Source: a bacterium
GTDB taxonomy: Bacteria; UBA10199; 2-02-FULL-44-16; JAAZCA01
Reading direction: 5' to 3'
Assembly: GCA_963674695.2 (NCBI GenBank)
Contig: CAXXGI010000002.1
Location: forward strand, 608,001-672,000
DNA: 64,000 nucleotides
Part shown: positions 31,372 through 41,340 of the stretch, one piece after another
Layout: every line of letters starts with the position of its first letter
Numbering within the stretch: position 1 is the stretch's first letter
Position numbers and translations under genes: made by a program
Notes under the pieces: generated by a model
What the model saw: the letters and a program-made list of their open reading frames with translations, nothing else
Database searches by the model: none
Told to the model about the DNA's origin: nothing

Positions 31372-32618
31372 TCCTTTCCGTCCGCGCGCAAGAGATAGTT
31401 CGCCAGCGTTCGTGAGAAGAGGCGGTAGAGTTTCACCTGTATTTCCGACGGCAGGATCTTGATCTTCTCGGGGTTGAGCCGCAGCAGTTCGCATTCCTCC
31501 AGCGCGATGATCGTTGCACTGCGCGCTCGGCCCAAGAGGAAACTCATTTCGCCGAAGCAGTTCCCGCGCGCCAGACGCCCCATGTCCGCGTTGCCCACGC
31601 GCACCTGGGCTTGCCCGGAGATCATCGCAAAAAAGGAGGTTCCCCGTTCATTCTCCTCGATGATCGTCTCATTCGCCCGATGCGTGAGCCAGGTGCCGAT
31701 GGTCATGAGCTGGGCGATCTCCTCTTCGGCGAATTCCTCGAAGAAGGCCAGCGTCTGGAGGCTTCGCACGCGTTCGGCGAGCTTTCCGGTGAGCGGTGCC
31801 GTCCCCTTGAACGCGCGTTCGACGTCGCGGGCGAAGTCCAGCGCGCTGGGGTAGCGATCGTCGGGGTCCTTGGAGAGGGCGCGGTCGGTGACGGCGGTAA
31901 AGGCTTCTGGGATCTCCGGGTTGCGCGTGTTTAAGGGGACGTGCGGTTCGTTGACGATCTTGTGGCGCATCTCCAGCGATGTCTGCGCGTCGAAGGGTTT
32001 GTGTCCGCACAGGAGCTGATAGAGGATAACGCCGAGCGAGAAGATGTCGCTGCGCGCGGTTGAGCCTTTTCCGCGCACCTGTTCGGGCGGCATGTAGGAG
32101 GGCGTACCGACCGTGCGCGTGTCCTTGCGGGCGAGTTCGGCGAAGCTGGCGAGCCCAAAATCGGTGATCTTGATCTCGCCGTTTGTGCCCAGCAGGATAT
32201 TCGAGGGCTTGATGTCGCGATGGATGATGCCGCGCTGATGCGCGTAGTCCAGGCCGTGACAGACCTTGATGATGATGTCGATCGCATCGGCGATGGGCAA
32301 CAGGTGCTCCGGCGTGCAATGACGATAGAGCGTGTGACCGTCGATGTACTCCATGGCGATGAAGCAGCTGGGTTCTTCAATTCCGACATCATAGATGGTC
32401 ACGATGTTCGGGTGGATGAGCGCGCCCGCTGCTTCGGCTTCCTGAAAGAGGCGGGTCAGCACTTTTTTGTTCTTCGTGCCGTCCTTCGATTCGCTGACTT
32501 TGAGCGCGAGGTTGCGGTTGATGTAGGGATCGCGCCCGAGGTAGACGAGGGCAAATCCGCCGCGCCCGATGGGGCGAACGACTTCATAGCGACCGACTTT
32601 TTCAGGCTGTGCACTCAT
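31368..32618 (-). CDS. Ser/Thr protein kinase with C-terminal cNMP-binding domain
   Basis: IGRGGF, HPNIV, IHRDIKPSN, TDFG, GTPSYMPPEQ; GNCFGEMS..RSATI. Confidence 0.92.
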   Translation of the reverse strand: MSAQPEKVGRYEVVRPIGRGGFALVYLGRDPYINRNLALKVSESKDGTKNKKVLTRLFQEAEAAGALIHPNIVTIYDVGIEEPSCFIAMEYIDGHTLYRHCTPEHLLPIADAIDIIIKVCHGLDYAHQRGIIHRDIKPSNILLGTNGEIKITDFGLASFAELARKDTRTVGTPSYMPPEQVRGKGSTARSDIFSLGVILYQLLCGHKPFDAQTSLEMRHKIVNEPHVPLNTRNPEIPEAFTAVTDRALSKDPDDRYPSALDFARDVERAFKGTAPLTGKLAERVRSLQTLAFFEEFAEEEIAQLMTIGTWLTHRANETIIEENERGTSFFAMISGQAQVRVGNADMGRLARGNCFGEMSFLLGRARSATIIALEECELLRLNPEKIKILPSEIQVKLYRLFSRTLANYLLRADGKE

Positions 32619-32628
32619 ATGGAAGTCC

Positions 32629-32695
32629 GTGACTCGTGACTCGTGACTCGTGACTGGTAAGATCTTCAAACCTCAGTCACCAGTCGCCAGTCACC
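32629..32695. repeat. Heptamer repeats (GTGACTC)n and inverted (CAGTCAC)n
   Basis: About 4 GTGACTC units, then CAGTCAC/CAGTCGC units overlapping the DUF362 stop region. Confidence 0.8.
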
Positions 32696-33738
32696 AATTC
32701 GTAGTTTCGATTCCCCAGTCCGATCTTCTCGGCGTGGGCCAGCTGCACCGTACCGTCGATGCCTGGGTGGGCCTCTTGAAAGACGTCGCCGCCCGTCTTG
32801 ATCACGAGGTCGAGGCTTGCCTGATCGATCGCCACCGGGTCGAGGCTCGCCAAAATACCCACATCCGCGCAGAGCGGTTTTTCCTTCATCCCCATGCAGT
32901 CGCAGTTGGGCGTGATATGGTTGACAAAGTTGAGATAGAGGGCGCGTTTGTCGGCGACAGCCCCCAGCGCATATTCGGCCAGGCGTTCCTGGACGGCCGC
33001 CGCTCCCTCGTTCCAGGTAACCGCGAGCGCGGCGGTCGGGCAGGCGACGATACATTCGCCGCAGCCGACGCAGGCGTCGTCGTCCTTGCGGATGGTATCG
33101 CCCACGAGCGTGAGCGCGTCGTGGGCGCATTTTGTGATGCAGGCGCCGCAGCCGATGCATTTTTCAACCGTGAGCGTCGGCGAGCTCGACGAATGCATCT
33201 CGAATTTGCCCAGGCGCGCGCCGCAGCCCATGCCGAGGTTTTTTACCGCACCCCCGAAGCCGCAGAGGAGATGCCCCTTGAAGTGCGAGAGTACCAGCAT
33301 CGCATCGGCTCGCCGGATACCCGTGGCAATCTTCACGCTTTGGAAGTGTTTGCCCGGAATCGGGATCTCGTCATAGTCGTCGCCCATCAGGCCGTCGGCG
33401 ATGATGATCGGTGTCTGGAGTTTGGACTGCGTAAAGCCGTGCTCGGCCGCGACCATGAGGTGGCTGGCGGCGTTGCTGCGCGCGCCGTGATAGATCGTGC
33501 CGGTATCGGTGAGAAATGGTTGCGTCTTCATCTTCCAGAGCATCTTGAGTGCCGGGCGGATCCATTCCGGCTTGATGTGGCCATCGCCGCCGCGCTCGCC
33601 GAAGTGGATCTTCACCGCGACGAGGTCGTTGCGCTGAAATGAGCTGCGCGCGTCGCAGGCCTCGAGCAGGTCGATGAGCTCTGAGCGGCGATCCCAGGGG
33701 AGGAAGAAGACCTTTGGTTTCGGGGGTGTGCTCGTCAT
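32677..33738 (-). CDS. DUF362 domain Fe-S protein
   Basis: VAVKIHFGE, SHFKGH, GGAVKNLGMGC, two CxxCxxCxxxC motifs, DPVAIDQAS. Confidence 0.9.
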   Translation of the reverse strand: MTSTPPKPKVFFLPWDRRSELIDLLEACDARSSFQRNDLVAVKIHFGERGGDGHIKPEWIRPALKMLWKMKTQPFLTDTGTIYHGARSNAASHLMVAAEHGFTQSKLQTPIIIADGLMGDDYDEIPIPGKHFQSVKIATGIRRADAMLVLSHFKGHLLCGFGGAVKNLGMGCGARLGKFEMHSSSSPTLTVEKCIGCGACITKCAHDALTLVGDTIRKDDDACVGCGECIVACPTAALAVTWNEGAAAVQERLAEYALGAVADKRALYLNFVNHITPNCDCMGMKEKPLCADVGILASLDPVAIDQASLDLVIKTGGDVFQEAHPGIDGTVQLAHAEKIGLGNRNYELVTGDW

Positions 33739-33840
33739 GGACCCGCAGTGTGAGGGGATGGGACGGGAAAGTCAACGGGGGCTTGCGCCGACGCTGAAAA
33801 CTCGATATGGCCTACCATGGGGGATGGGGGATTTCGAGCG

Positions 33841-34446
33841 ATGGGGTTCAAATGGTTGCTGATGGTGGCGCTGATCTGCGGGCTGTTCTTCGCATCGCCC
33901 TCGAGGGTCTGCGCCTGTGGTCACGATGGTTTCTACGCGGGCCTGGGATATGAACAGCTCTTCCTCTACACCCCCGAGCGTCGACTCGGGCTCACCGACG
34001 AGCGCGTTTCATTCGGTCCCGGTATCGGCGCGCACGCGCTCATCGGCTACGATTTCTGCGGTTCGCGCTGGGGGATCCAGCTCCCCTTCGAATATGCGCG
34101 CATCAAGCTCAACAAATCGGAGTGGGTCAACCAGTTCGCCTCCTCGGTCGAGGGCGTTTTGCATCTGAAGGAGTGGAAAAACGGACTGGATGTTCACCTG
34201 CTCGGTGGCGTCGGGTGGAGCTACTTGAGCGAGGGCAAGATCGCCGATCGCACCGCCTGCGCCGGCATCAGCGTAAGCTTCGGCCCTGGAATCTCCTACT
34301 ACTTCTCCCGCACGGAGCGGATCTCTGCCGCCGTAAACCTCGACGTCCCCTTCCGCTGGATCTACTACTTCGGCGATCACCTCTCCGCAAACGGCACCTC
34401 CGTCATCGCCTTCCCCATCCGCCTCGGCGTACAGGTGGGATTTTAA
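33841..34446 (+). CDS. Outer-membrane beta-barrel protein
   Basis: Signal peptide, alternating beta strands, C-terminal ..LGVQVGF. Confidence 0.7.
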   Translation: MGFKWLLMVALICGLFFASPSRVCACGHDGFYAGLGYEQLFLYTPERRLGLTDERVSFGPGIGAHALIGYDFCGSRWGIQLPFEYARIKLNKSEWVNQFASSVEGVLHLKEWKNGLDVHLLGGVGWSYLSEGKIADRTACAGISVSFGPGISYYFSRTERISAAVNLDVPFRWIYYFGDHLSANGTSVIAFPIRLGVQVGF

Positions 34447-34466
34447 AAGCGGACCATGGTCTATGG

Positions 34467-35369
34467 TCAGAAGGTGTACACAAACAGCCCGCTGGAGAGC
34501 TTTGGGGCGAACCAGGTGGATTTCGGCGGGAGGATTTCGCCGCGATCGGAGATCTCGATGATGTCAGCCATGGTGATGGGGGCGAGCGGCCGATCTTCGG
34601 GCGGGCCGTCCCAGTCGTACTGGTAGACGTGCACCTCGTCGTCGGGGAAGATGACGGCGGGAAAGAAATTGGAGGCGTTCTCCTCGCTCGGATTCGGATC
34701 GTTCGCACGCATCTTCTCGCGGACGCGCGCGCCCGCGGCCGAGCGATGGTGGCCGTCGGCGATATAGAGGGCGGAGATGTCGGAAAAAGCGGCGACCATC
34801 TCATCGGTGCGTTTGATACGCCAGAGCGTGTGGCGCACCCCATCTCCATCGGTGATGTCGATTAGCGCTGCCGCCTCCACCTCGCGCGCGATGAGCTGTG
34901 CGATCCTCTGTGAGCGGCGGTGGACGTAGAGGACCGGCTCCAGATGGGCTCGAAGCGCGAGCGCGAGTTCCGTGCGCTCATCCTCTTTTCCCATGCGCGT
35001 CTTTTCATGTCGACGGATGAGACCCGTCTCATATTCCGCTGCACTCACCCCCGCGACGATCCCCGTCTGCGCGTGCGCGCCACTCGTGATCCGGTAGACG
35101 TAGAGCGAGGGGTCGTCGCGTTTGAGCCATCCCTGCATCTGGAAACGGGAGAGGTTGGCCTTGGCCGTCCAGAAGGTCTCCTCGTCATAGACCTCGACGT
35201 CGTGATCCAGATCGATCTCGGGTCGCGTGATGTGCAGGAGCGATTCCGGTTTGTCTTTGGCGAGCGCGCGCGCCTCTGCGGTGGTCACCACATCGTAGGG
35301 CGGACAGGCGACGCGCTCGGCGCAGTCGGCGTTCGGGAGCAGGGCGGGAAATGGGATAATTTTTGACAT
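34467..35369 (-). CDS. DUF1015 family protein (short form)
   Basis: CPPYDVV, IRRHEKT, YIADGHHR, LPPKSTWFAPKL. Confidence 0.88.
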   Translation of the reverse strand: MSKIIPFPALLPNADCAERVACPPYDVVTTAEARALAKDKPESLLHITRPEIDLDHDVEVYDEETFWTAKANLSRFQMQGWLKRDDPSLYVYRITSGAHAQTGIVAGVSAAEYETGLIRRHEKTRMGKEDERTELALALRAHLEPVLYVHRRSQRIAQLIAREVEAAALIDITDGDGVRHTLWRIKRTDEMVAAFSDISALYIADGHHRSAAGARVREKMRANDPNPSEENASNFFPAVIFPDDEVHVYQYDWDGPPEDRPLAPITMADIIEISDRGEILPPKSTWFAPKLSSGLFVYTF

Positions 35370-35398
35370 AGCCTTGCTTTAATGGCAAAGGGCGCCCC

Positions 35399-36472
35399 AT
35401 GTCAACGACACGTCTCTTCAATTTTGGTGCGGGCCCCTCGATGTTGCCGGGCGAAGTGGTCGGCGAGATCCGCGAAACGATGATGGACTTCGGCGGGATG
35501 TCGATCCTCGAGATCAGCCATCGATCCAAGCCCTTTGGGAAGATTATCGACGAGGCGCGCTCGCTCGTGGCAGAGCTCATGGAGCTGCCGGCCGGGTATG
35601 ACGTGCTCTTCCTCCAGGGGGGAGCGACCCAACAGTTCGCGATGGTGCCGATGAACCTCATGGATCGGACGGCCGACTACGTGTGCACCGGCGCCTGGTC
35701 GCAGAAGGCGTTTGCCGAGGCGAAGGTCTTCGGTCAGCCGCGCGAGATCTTCTCCTCCGAGGCGGAGGGGTTTTCCCGCGTGCCGCGCCCGGAAGAGCTC
35801 AGCGTAGATGCCCAGGCGAGCTATCTTCATATCACGTCGAACAACACGATTTTTGGCACGCAGTATGCGTCGTTTCCCGAGACCGGGGAGGTGCCACTCG
35901 TGGCCGATATGTCCTCCGACATTCTCTCGCGACGCATCGACGCGAAACGCTTTGGCCTCATCTATGCCGGCGCACAGAAGAACCTCGGCCCCGCGGGCGT
36001 GACCCTGGTGGTCGTGCGCGAGGATCTGTTGGCGCGCGATTATCGTCCGGCGCCGAAGATATGGCGCTATGTCACGCACGCCAAGGCGGGCTCGCTCTCC
36101 AACACGCCGCCGGTCTTTGCCATCTGGGCAACGCTGCTCAACCTGCGCTGGATGAAACGCCAGGGCGGCGTGGCTGCGATCGAAGCGCGCAACCAGCGCA
36201 AGGCGGCACTCCTGTACGAAGTGATCGATGCGGGAGATTTCTATCGCGGCAACGCGGAAGCGAACAGCCGCTCGATGATGAACGTGACCTTCACGCTGCC
36301 GAACGACGAACTCGCCGCGACCTTTCTTGCCGAGGCGGAAGGCGCGGGCCTGGTGGGGCTCAAGGGTCACCGCTCTGTCGGCGGCATTCGTGCTTCAATC
36401 TACAACGCGATGCCGCTCGAGGGCGTCGAGGCGCTCACGGCATTCATGCGTGAATTTTCGCAGCGGAACTGA
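35399..36472 (+). CDS. serC: Phosphoserine aminotransferase
   Basis: NFGAGP, EISHRS, QGGA, DMSSD, YAGAQKNLGPAG, GHRSVGGIRASIYN. Confidence 0.96.
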   Translation: MSTTRLFNFGAGPSMLPGEVVGEIRETMMDFGGMSILEISHRSKPFGKIIDEARSLVAELMELPAGYDVLFLQGGATQQFAMVPMNLMDRTADYVCTGAWSQKAFAEAKVFGQPREIFSSEAEGFSRVPRPEELSVDAQASYLHITSNNTIFGTQYASFPETGEVPLVADMSSDILSRRIDAKRFGLIYAGAQKNLGPAGVTLVVVREDLLARDYRPAPKIWRYVTHAKAGSLSNTPPVFAIWATLLNLRWMKRQGGVAAIEARNQRKAALLYEVIDAGDFYRGNAEANSRSMMNVTFTLPNDELAATFLAEAEGAGLVGLKGHRSVGGIRASIYNAMPLEGVEALTAFMREFSQRN

Positions 36473-36478
36473 TGGGGT

Positions 36479-36635
36479 TGTCATCCCCTCTTTTTGTTGT
36501 CATCCCCGTGGAAACGGGGATCTCGATGGATGTGATGTTGTCATCCCCGTGGAAACGGGGATCTCGATGGAAAGGTTTCAACCGAGATTCCCCCGCCACA
36601 CAACCGGCGGGCAGGCTGCTTTCGCGGGAATGACA
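36479..36635. repeat. Cluster of REP-like palindromes
   Basis: TGTCATCCCCGTGGAAACGGGGATCTCGATGG twice plus an inverted ...GGGAATGAC. Confidence 0.85.
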
Positions 36636-36669
36636 TCGTCAGCTCTGATCCGTTACTAAGGAGTTTTCA

Positions 36670-38238
36670 ATGACCTACAATGTCCTGTGCACCGATGGGT
36701 TTTCCAAGGCGGGCCTCGAAGAACTCGCCAAACACGATGACCTTCGGGTGACCTTTGAGAAGAAGCTCTCGCACGACGAACTCTTGAAACGCATTCCGGA
36801 ATTCGACGGCCTCGTCGTGCGCAGCGCGTCCACCGTCTCTCGCGACGTGATCGATGCCGGGAAAAACCTCAAGATCATTGCGCGCGCGGGCGTGGGCACC
36901 GATAACATCGATATTGCCGCAGCGACCGAGCGCGGTATCCTGGTCGTGAACGCCCCGGCGGGAAACACGCTTTCTACGGCGGAGTTGGCCTTTTCGCTCC
37001 TGCTGGCCGTGGCGCGCGGTATTCCGCAAGCCGCAGCGGCCATGAACGACGGGAAATGGGAGAAGGATAAGGGCCGCCAGATCGCTTACAAGACGCTCGG
37101 GATCATCGGTCTGGGTCGCATCGGCCGCGAGGTGGCTCGGCGCGCGCAGGCCTTTAAGATGAAGGTCGTCGGGTTCGATCCGTATCTGAACGAAGAGCAG
37201 GTGCGCGATATGGGGATCGAACCGATGACGATCGAGGGGCTTCTGCCCGAGGTCGATTTCCTCACGGTGCATACGCCGCTCACCGACGAGACCCGGAATC
37301 TCATCGCGCGCGATGAGCTCGGAAAGATGAAGAAGAGCGCCTATCTCATCAACTGTGCGCGCGGCGGTATCATCAATGAAGAGGATCTCGCCCTCGCCCT
37401 GCGCGAAGACGTCATCGCGGGCGCTGCCCTCGATGTCTATACGACCGAGCCCTACACCACGCCGACCTTTCAGGGGCTGGCCAACATCGTGCTCACGCCG
37501 CACCTGGGGGCCTCCACGTTTGAGGCGCAGGATGCGGTCGCCGTGGAGGCCGCGGCCTCCGTCGCCCAGTTCTTCAGCGATGGGATCAGCTTCAATGCGG
37601 TCAACCTCTCCGGTGCGGATCCGCAATCGCTCGATACCTATCGTCGGCACCTGTTGCTCGCGCAGAAAGTGGGGGCGTTTGCATTCCAAATGTTCCAGGG
37701 CGATCTGCGCCGTATTACGGTCTCGACCACGGTGCGGGCGACCAAGCTCATCGCGCTTTCAGCGGTGCGCGGGGTGCTCGCCCAGGCGGTGAGCGATACC
37801 GTTACCATCGTCAATGCGGCGGCGGCAGCGGCCGAACGCGGCATCGAAGTCGTCGAGGAGACGCTTGCCGAAAAGGATCGGGGCGATGCCATCGGCGTGC
37901 GCCTTACGACAGCCGACGGGGCCACGACGGAAATCTGGGGGCGCTTGACCGCCGATGGCACGGTCAAGATCGTGCGCGTGAATGAATATGGCGTCGACAT
38001 CGATCCGGTCGGCAATGTGCTCGTCATCCATAATGAAGACCGCCCCGGTGTGATCGGTCGCGTCTGCACGATTCTTGGCGATCATAGCGTGAATATCGCC
38101 GAGATGCAGAACGTGCGGCATCGCAAAGGGACGGATGCGCTCACCCTCATCGGCGTGGACGAATCGCTCTCGGAAGAAGCCATCGCTGCCATTCGCACCG
38201 ATGCCGCTGTCACCCAGGCGCAGGTGGTACGCCTGTAA
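36670..38238 (+). CDS. serA: D-3-phosphoglycerate dehydrogenase (with ASB/ACT domains)
   Basis: RAGVGTDNID, GLGRIG, INCARGG, TPHLGAST, EDRPGVIG. Confidence 0.95.
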   Translation: MTYNVLCTDGFSKAGLEELAKHDDLRVTFEKKLSHDELLKRIPEFDGLVVRSASTVSRDVIDAGKNLKIIARAGVGTDNIDIAAATERGILVVNAPAGNTLSTAELAFSLLLAVARGIPQAAAAMNDGKWEKDKGRQIAYKTLGIIGLGRIGREVARRAQAFKMKVVGFDPYLNEEQVRDMGIEPMTIEGLLPEVDFLTVHTPLTDETRNLIARDELGKMKKSAYLINCARGGIINEEDLALALREDVIAGAALDVYTTEPYTTPTFQGLANIVLTPHLGASTFEAQDAVAVEAAASVAQFFSDGISFNAVNLSGADPQSLDTYRRHLLLAQKVGAFAFQMFQGDLRRITVSTTVRATKLIALSAVRGVLAQAVSDTVTIVNAAAAAAERGIEVVEETLAEKDRGDAIGVRLTTADGATTEIWGRLTADGTVKIVRVNEYGVDIDPVGNVLVIHNEDRPGVIGRVCTILGDHSVNIAEMQNVRHRKGTDALTLIGVDESLSEEAIAAIRTDAAVTQAQVVRL

Positions 38239-38247
38239 AGGCAGTTC

Positions 38248-38922
38248 ATGCAGACACGTTCCCTCCATCCCTGGAATCTCGCGCCGGCCGAGGCGATCGA
38301 GGTGCAAAAGCGCCTGGCCTCACAGGTTTCGCGCAAGCGCGATTTCGGCGGCGTGGCGTTCATCGCCGGTGCCGACATCGCCGTCGACCGCGATTCCGGC
38401 GAGGGGATCGCCGCCGTCATCGTCTATTCCTTCCCGGATCTCCGTGAGGTCGAACGCGCCAGCGTGCGCGCTCCGCTCGCCTATCCCTATATTCCGGGCC
38501 TGCTCTCCTTTCGCGAAGGGCCGCTTCTGCTCGCCGCCTTCGAGGAACTCAAACAGACGCCGGATGTGGCCCTCTTCGATGCCCAGGGGATCGCCCATCC
38601 ACGGGGTCTGGGGTTAGCGAGCCACATGGGGCTGTGCTTGGATCTGCCGACCATCGGCGTGGCCAAGTCGCGCCTCTTTGGTGAACACGAGGAGCCGGGC
38701 AACCAGGTCGGCGATTGGAAGCCGCTGCTGACGAAAGAGGACGAGGTCATCGGTGCCGTCCTGCGTACGCGCCGGCACGTCACACCCGTCTTCGTCTCCA
38801 TCGGCCACCGCATCGACTTGCCCACATCCATCGAGATCGTCCTGGCCTGCCTCGACGACACGCGCATCCCCAAACCCACCCGCGAAGCCGACCGCCTCGT
38901 CGGCCAGCTCAAACTCGCCTGA
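38248..38922 (+). CDS. nfi: Endonuclease V
   Basis: AGAD, PYIPGLLSFRE, GIAHPR, GVAKS, VSIGH, PKPTREAD. Confidence 0.95.
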   Translation: MQTRSLHPWNLAPAEAIEVQKRLASQVSRKRDFGGVAFIAGADIAVDRDSGEGIAAVIVYSFPDLREVERASVRAPLAYPYIPGLLSFREGPLLLAAFEELKQTPDVALFDAQGIAHPRGLGLASHMGLCLDLPTIGVAKSRLFGEHEEPGNQVGDWKPLLTKEDEVIGAVLRTRRHVTPVFVSIGHRIDLPTSIEIVLACLDDTRIPKPTREADRLVGQLKLA

Positions 38923-38940
38923 TGGTGAGATGGCGTGATT

Positions 38941-40263
38941 TTATAATCCCCATATCGGAACGAAATGGGTGTTTGTTTCTCGGTCGAACTGATAATCACC
39001 TCTATAGAGAACGCAATTATAGACGATCCGTTTTTTCTGTTCGTCTGCAAAAGCAAGAATCGATTTTAATCTCGGTTGTTCCATGCTGTATTTGATTTCG
39101 ATGGGCGTCAGTCTGCCTTCAAGTGAATAGACCAAGTCGACTTCATAATTGCTGCTCGTTCTCCAAAAGGATAAGGAATGTGGCCGCCAATCATTTTCGG
39201 TTGCTTTGAAAAACTCATTGACGACAAAACTTTCCAGCCTATCGCCGATAGCTCCGGTTGATCTCAGCGTCGGAAGATCAAACGATTCCGTGAGAAGGCT
39301 GGTGATGCCCATATCACTGAAATACAACTTCGGGGCCTTCGCTAATCTTCTTTTTGTGTTTTTGCTGTAGATGGAGAGGATTTTCACGAGCATCGTTTTC
39401 TCGAGAATCACCAAATACTTCTTGATGGTCTTGTCAGAGATCCCGATGTTCTTTGCGAGGTCTTTGATGAGGAAGGTGTTTGAATTGTATTGGCCGAGAA
39501 GTTCGAGCAACTGATCATAGGGTTTCCAGTGTTCGACAAGGGAAAGGGGCAGGATGTCCTTTTCGATATAGGTGTTTCTATAATTCGTTAAGAATTCCAT
39601 TTTGTCCTGCTTACCTTCAGCGAGTGCACATTCCGGAAACGAACCGAATATGAGCATGTCGTCCAGGTGTTTCAGACGGATATCTTTGGATTGAATGATT
39701 GAATAAAATATTTCCTTCCCAATCTCCTCGGTGAGGGTTTGGTTTTTGAGAGAGTCCATGTATCGATGTTGGTTGTTGTTATGTACCGATTGAGCCGTGA
39801 GATATTCGGAGAAGTTGAATGGACTGAGGTGAAATTGCCTCACCCTGCCGGCCAGCGATTCCGCCGATCTGCTGTGGAGCTCCAACGAACTGGACCCGGT
39901 TAAGATGAAACGAGGGGATTTATTGTGAGCATCGAACATCAATTTGACCTGATCGAAGACGGCGGGACACTTTTGACATTCGTCCAAAACGATAACGAGA
40001 TTTGGCGAATCAAGGTTTATTCCAACGGAACGCCGTATCGCCTCCACGAGTCCCCTATTCGGATCTTCCACGATTTGGCGTATTTTCAGATCGTCGAAGT
40101 TGATATACCCAACAAGGCGGTTTTTCGGCAGCAGATGGTGTACGAGCGTTGTCTTTCCCGCCTGCCGCGGTCCGAGCAGGACGATAATCTTATCTTTTTC
40201 GAGGGCTTCGTTCAGCAGGGGTGTTATCGTCCGCTCAATATAATGGATTGAATTTATTGACAT
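38941..40263 (-). CDS. AAA_14/DUF4143 ATP-binding protein (AT-richer)
   Basis: GPRQAGKT, LDECQ, TGSS, ESLAGR, PKLYFSDMG, EVDLV..PIEIK. Confidence 0.9.
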   Translation of the reverse strand: MSINSIHYIERTITPLLNEALEKDKIIVLLGPRQAGKTTLVHHLLPKNRLVGYINFDDLKIRQIVEDPNRGLVEAIRRSVGINLDSPNLVIVLDECQKCPAVFDQVKLMFDAHNKSPRFILTGSSSLELHSRSAESLAGRVRQFHLSPFNFSEYLTAQSVHNNNQHRYMDSLKNQTLTEEIGKEIFYSIIQSKDIRLKHLDDMLIFGSFPECALAEGKQDKMEFLTNYRNTYIEKDILPLSLVEHWKPYDQLLELLGQYNSNTFLIKDLAKNIGISDKTIKKYLVILEKTMLVKILSIYSKNTKRRLAKAPKLYFSDMGITSLLTESFDLPTLRSTGAIGDRLESFVVNEFFKATENDWRPHSLSFWRTSSNYEVDLVYSLEGRLTPIEIKYSMEQPRLKSILAFADEQKKRIVYNCVLYRGDYQFDRETNTHFVPIWGL

Positions 40264-40396
40264 TATTCCCCCTCGCGGATAACGCGAAGTACTGTTCTTA
40301 TAATACATGTAATATCAGAATACTAATACCAATGATACATACCGTCAACTCAAATGAGCTGATGAGACCATAATAATGAGAAGGGGCGAAAACTGC

Positions 40397-40423
40397 GAAA
40401 CTTTTTCGGCGTTGAGACGATGA
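40397..40423 (+). promoter_or_regulatory. sigma28-like promoter GAAACTTT-N11-GACGATGA
   Basis: Read directly, about 50 nt upstream of ATG 40473. Confidence 0.55.
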
Positions 40424-40472
40424 TGAAAGTGTGCGAACGTTTTGAATCCAGATTTCAAGCAGGAGGTGTGCG

Positions 40473-41306
40473 ATGGCAGGTCCAGAAAAATGTCCGAATG
40501 GCATGTGCCCGATCCCGGCGGGGACGTTCACGATGGGATCGAAGGTGGGTCATCCGGATGAGCGACCGGTTTGCGACGAGGTCGAACTCTCAGCATATCG
40601 AATGCAGAAGCATCCGGTGACCGTCGGTTAGTACAAAGCTTATGAGGTCGAGAAGGGCACAAGCAGCGAGTTTGTAGAACTCATCAAGGGTTGTGATGGG
40701 AACGCTCAATGGGAAGCCGTCAAATTTATGCCAAGGGTCAATGGGATCGATGGGATAGAGGTGTGTGAGATCAAGGAAGAACCACTCTATCTTGCATCCA
40801 TGCCCAACTTGCCCGAGGGATTCGACGGCGATGATCAGCCGATGGTCAATGTGAGTTGGTTCGAAGCCAATGCCTACTGCGAATTCTACGGCATGAAGCT
40901 TCCCACGGAGGCGCAGTTTGAGCGTGGGGCCAGAGGCCTCTCCGGCGACAGGGAGTTTGGATTGGCTGAAGAATCTCATTACGGTGCCCTGGCAACTGCG
41001 CCGGTCTGCTCTTATCCGGAAAACGATCTCGGCCTTTGCGACATGATCGGCAACGTGTGGGAGTGGACGCGAGACGTGTACCAAGATAGTTATGAAGGTC
41101 TGGGTTGTAAGGATCCTTTTCATGAGCCGAAAAGGTGGTTTGTGTCAGCGGATGAACCCGATGAGCGCAAGCGGAGCATTCGCGGCAGTTCCTGGGATTA
41201 CGGCTGGAGGGGTTTGCGTGTGACGCTTCGCAACGCTCGTCATCCCGAGTTTGGTGCCGACAATATCGGTTTTCGGTGTGTGGCCTCGCAGGATTCCGAA
41301 AAGTAA
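40473..41306 (+). pseudogene. FGE-sulfatase/CLec-fold protein interrupted by one in-frame TAG (40629-40631)
   Basis: AGGAGG RBS; MAGPEKCPNGMCPIPAGTFTMGS..DERP..HPVTVG*YKAY continues in frame into the 40728 ORF (PMVNVSW, LPTEAQFE, GNVWEW, RGSSW, GFRC). Confidence 0.8.
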
Positions 41307-41340
41307 TGAAGATCAGACTGCTGACAAAGTCTTCTCATGC

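Noticed and set aside
40629-40631. Genome-wide TAG recoding or pyrrolysine
   Set aside because: TAG terminates conserved genes here (rlmD, recR), and no pyl genes are seen.
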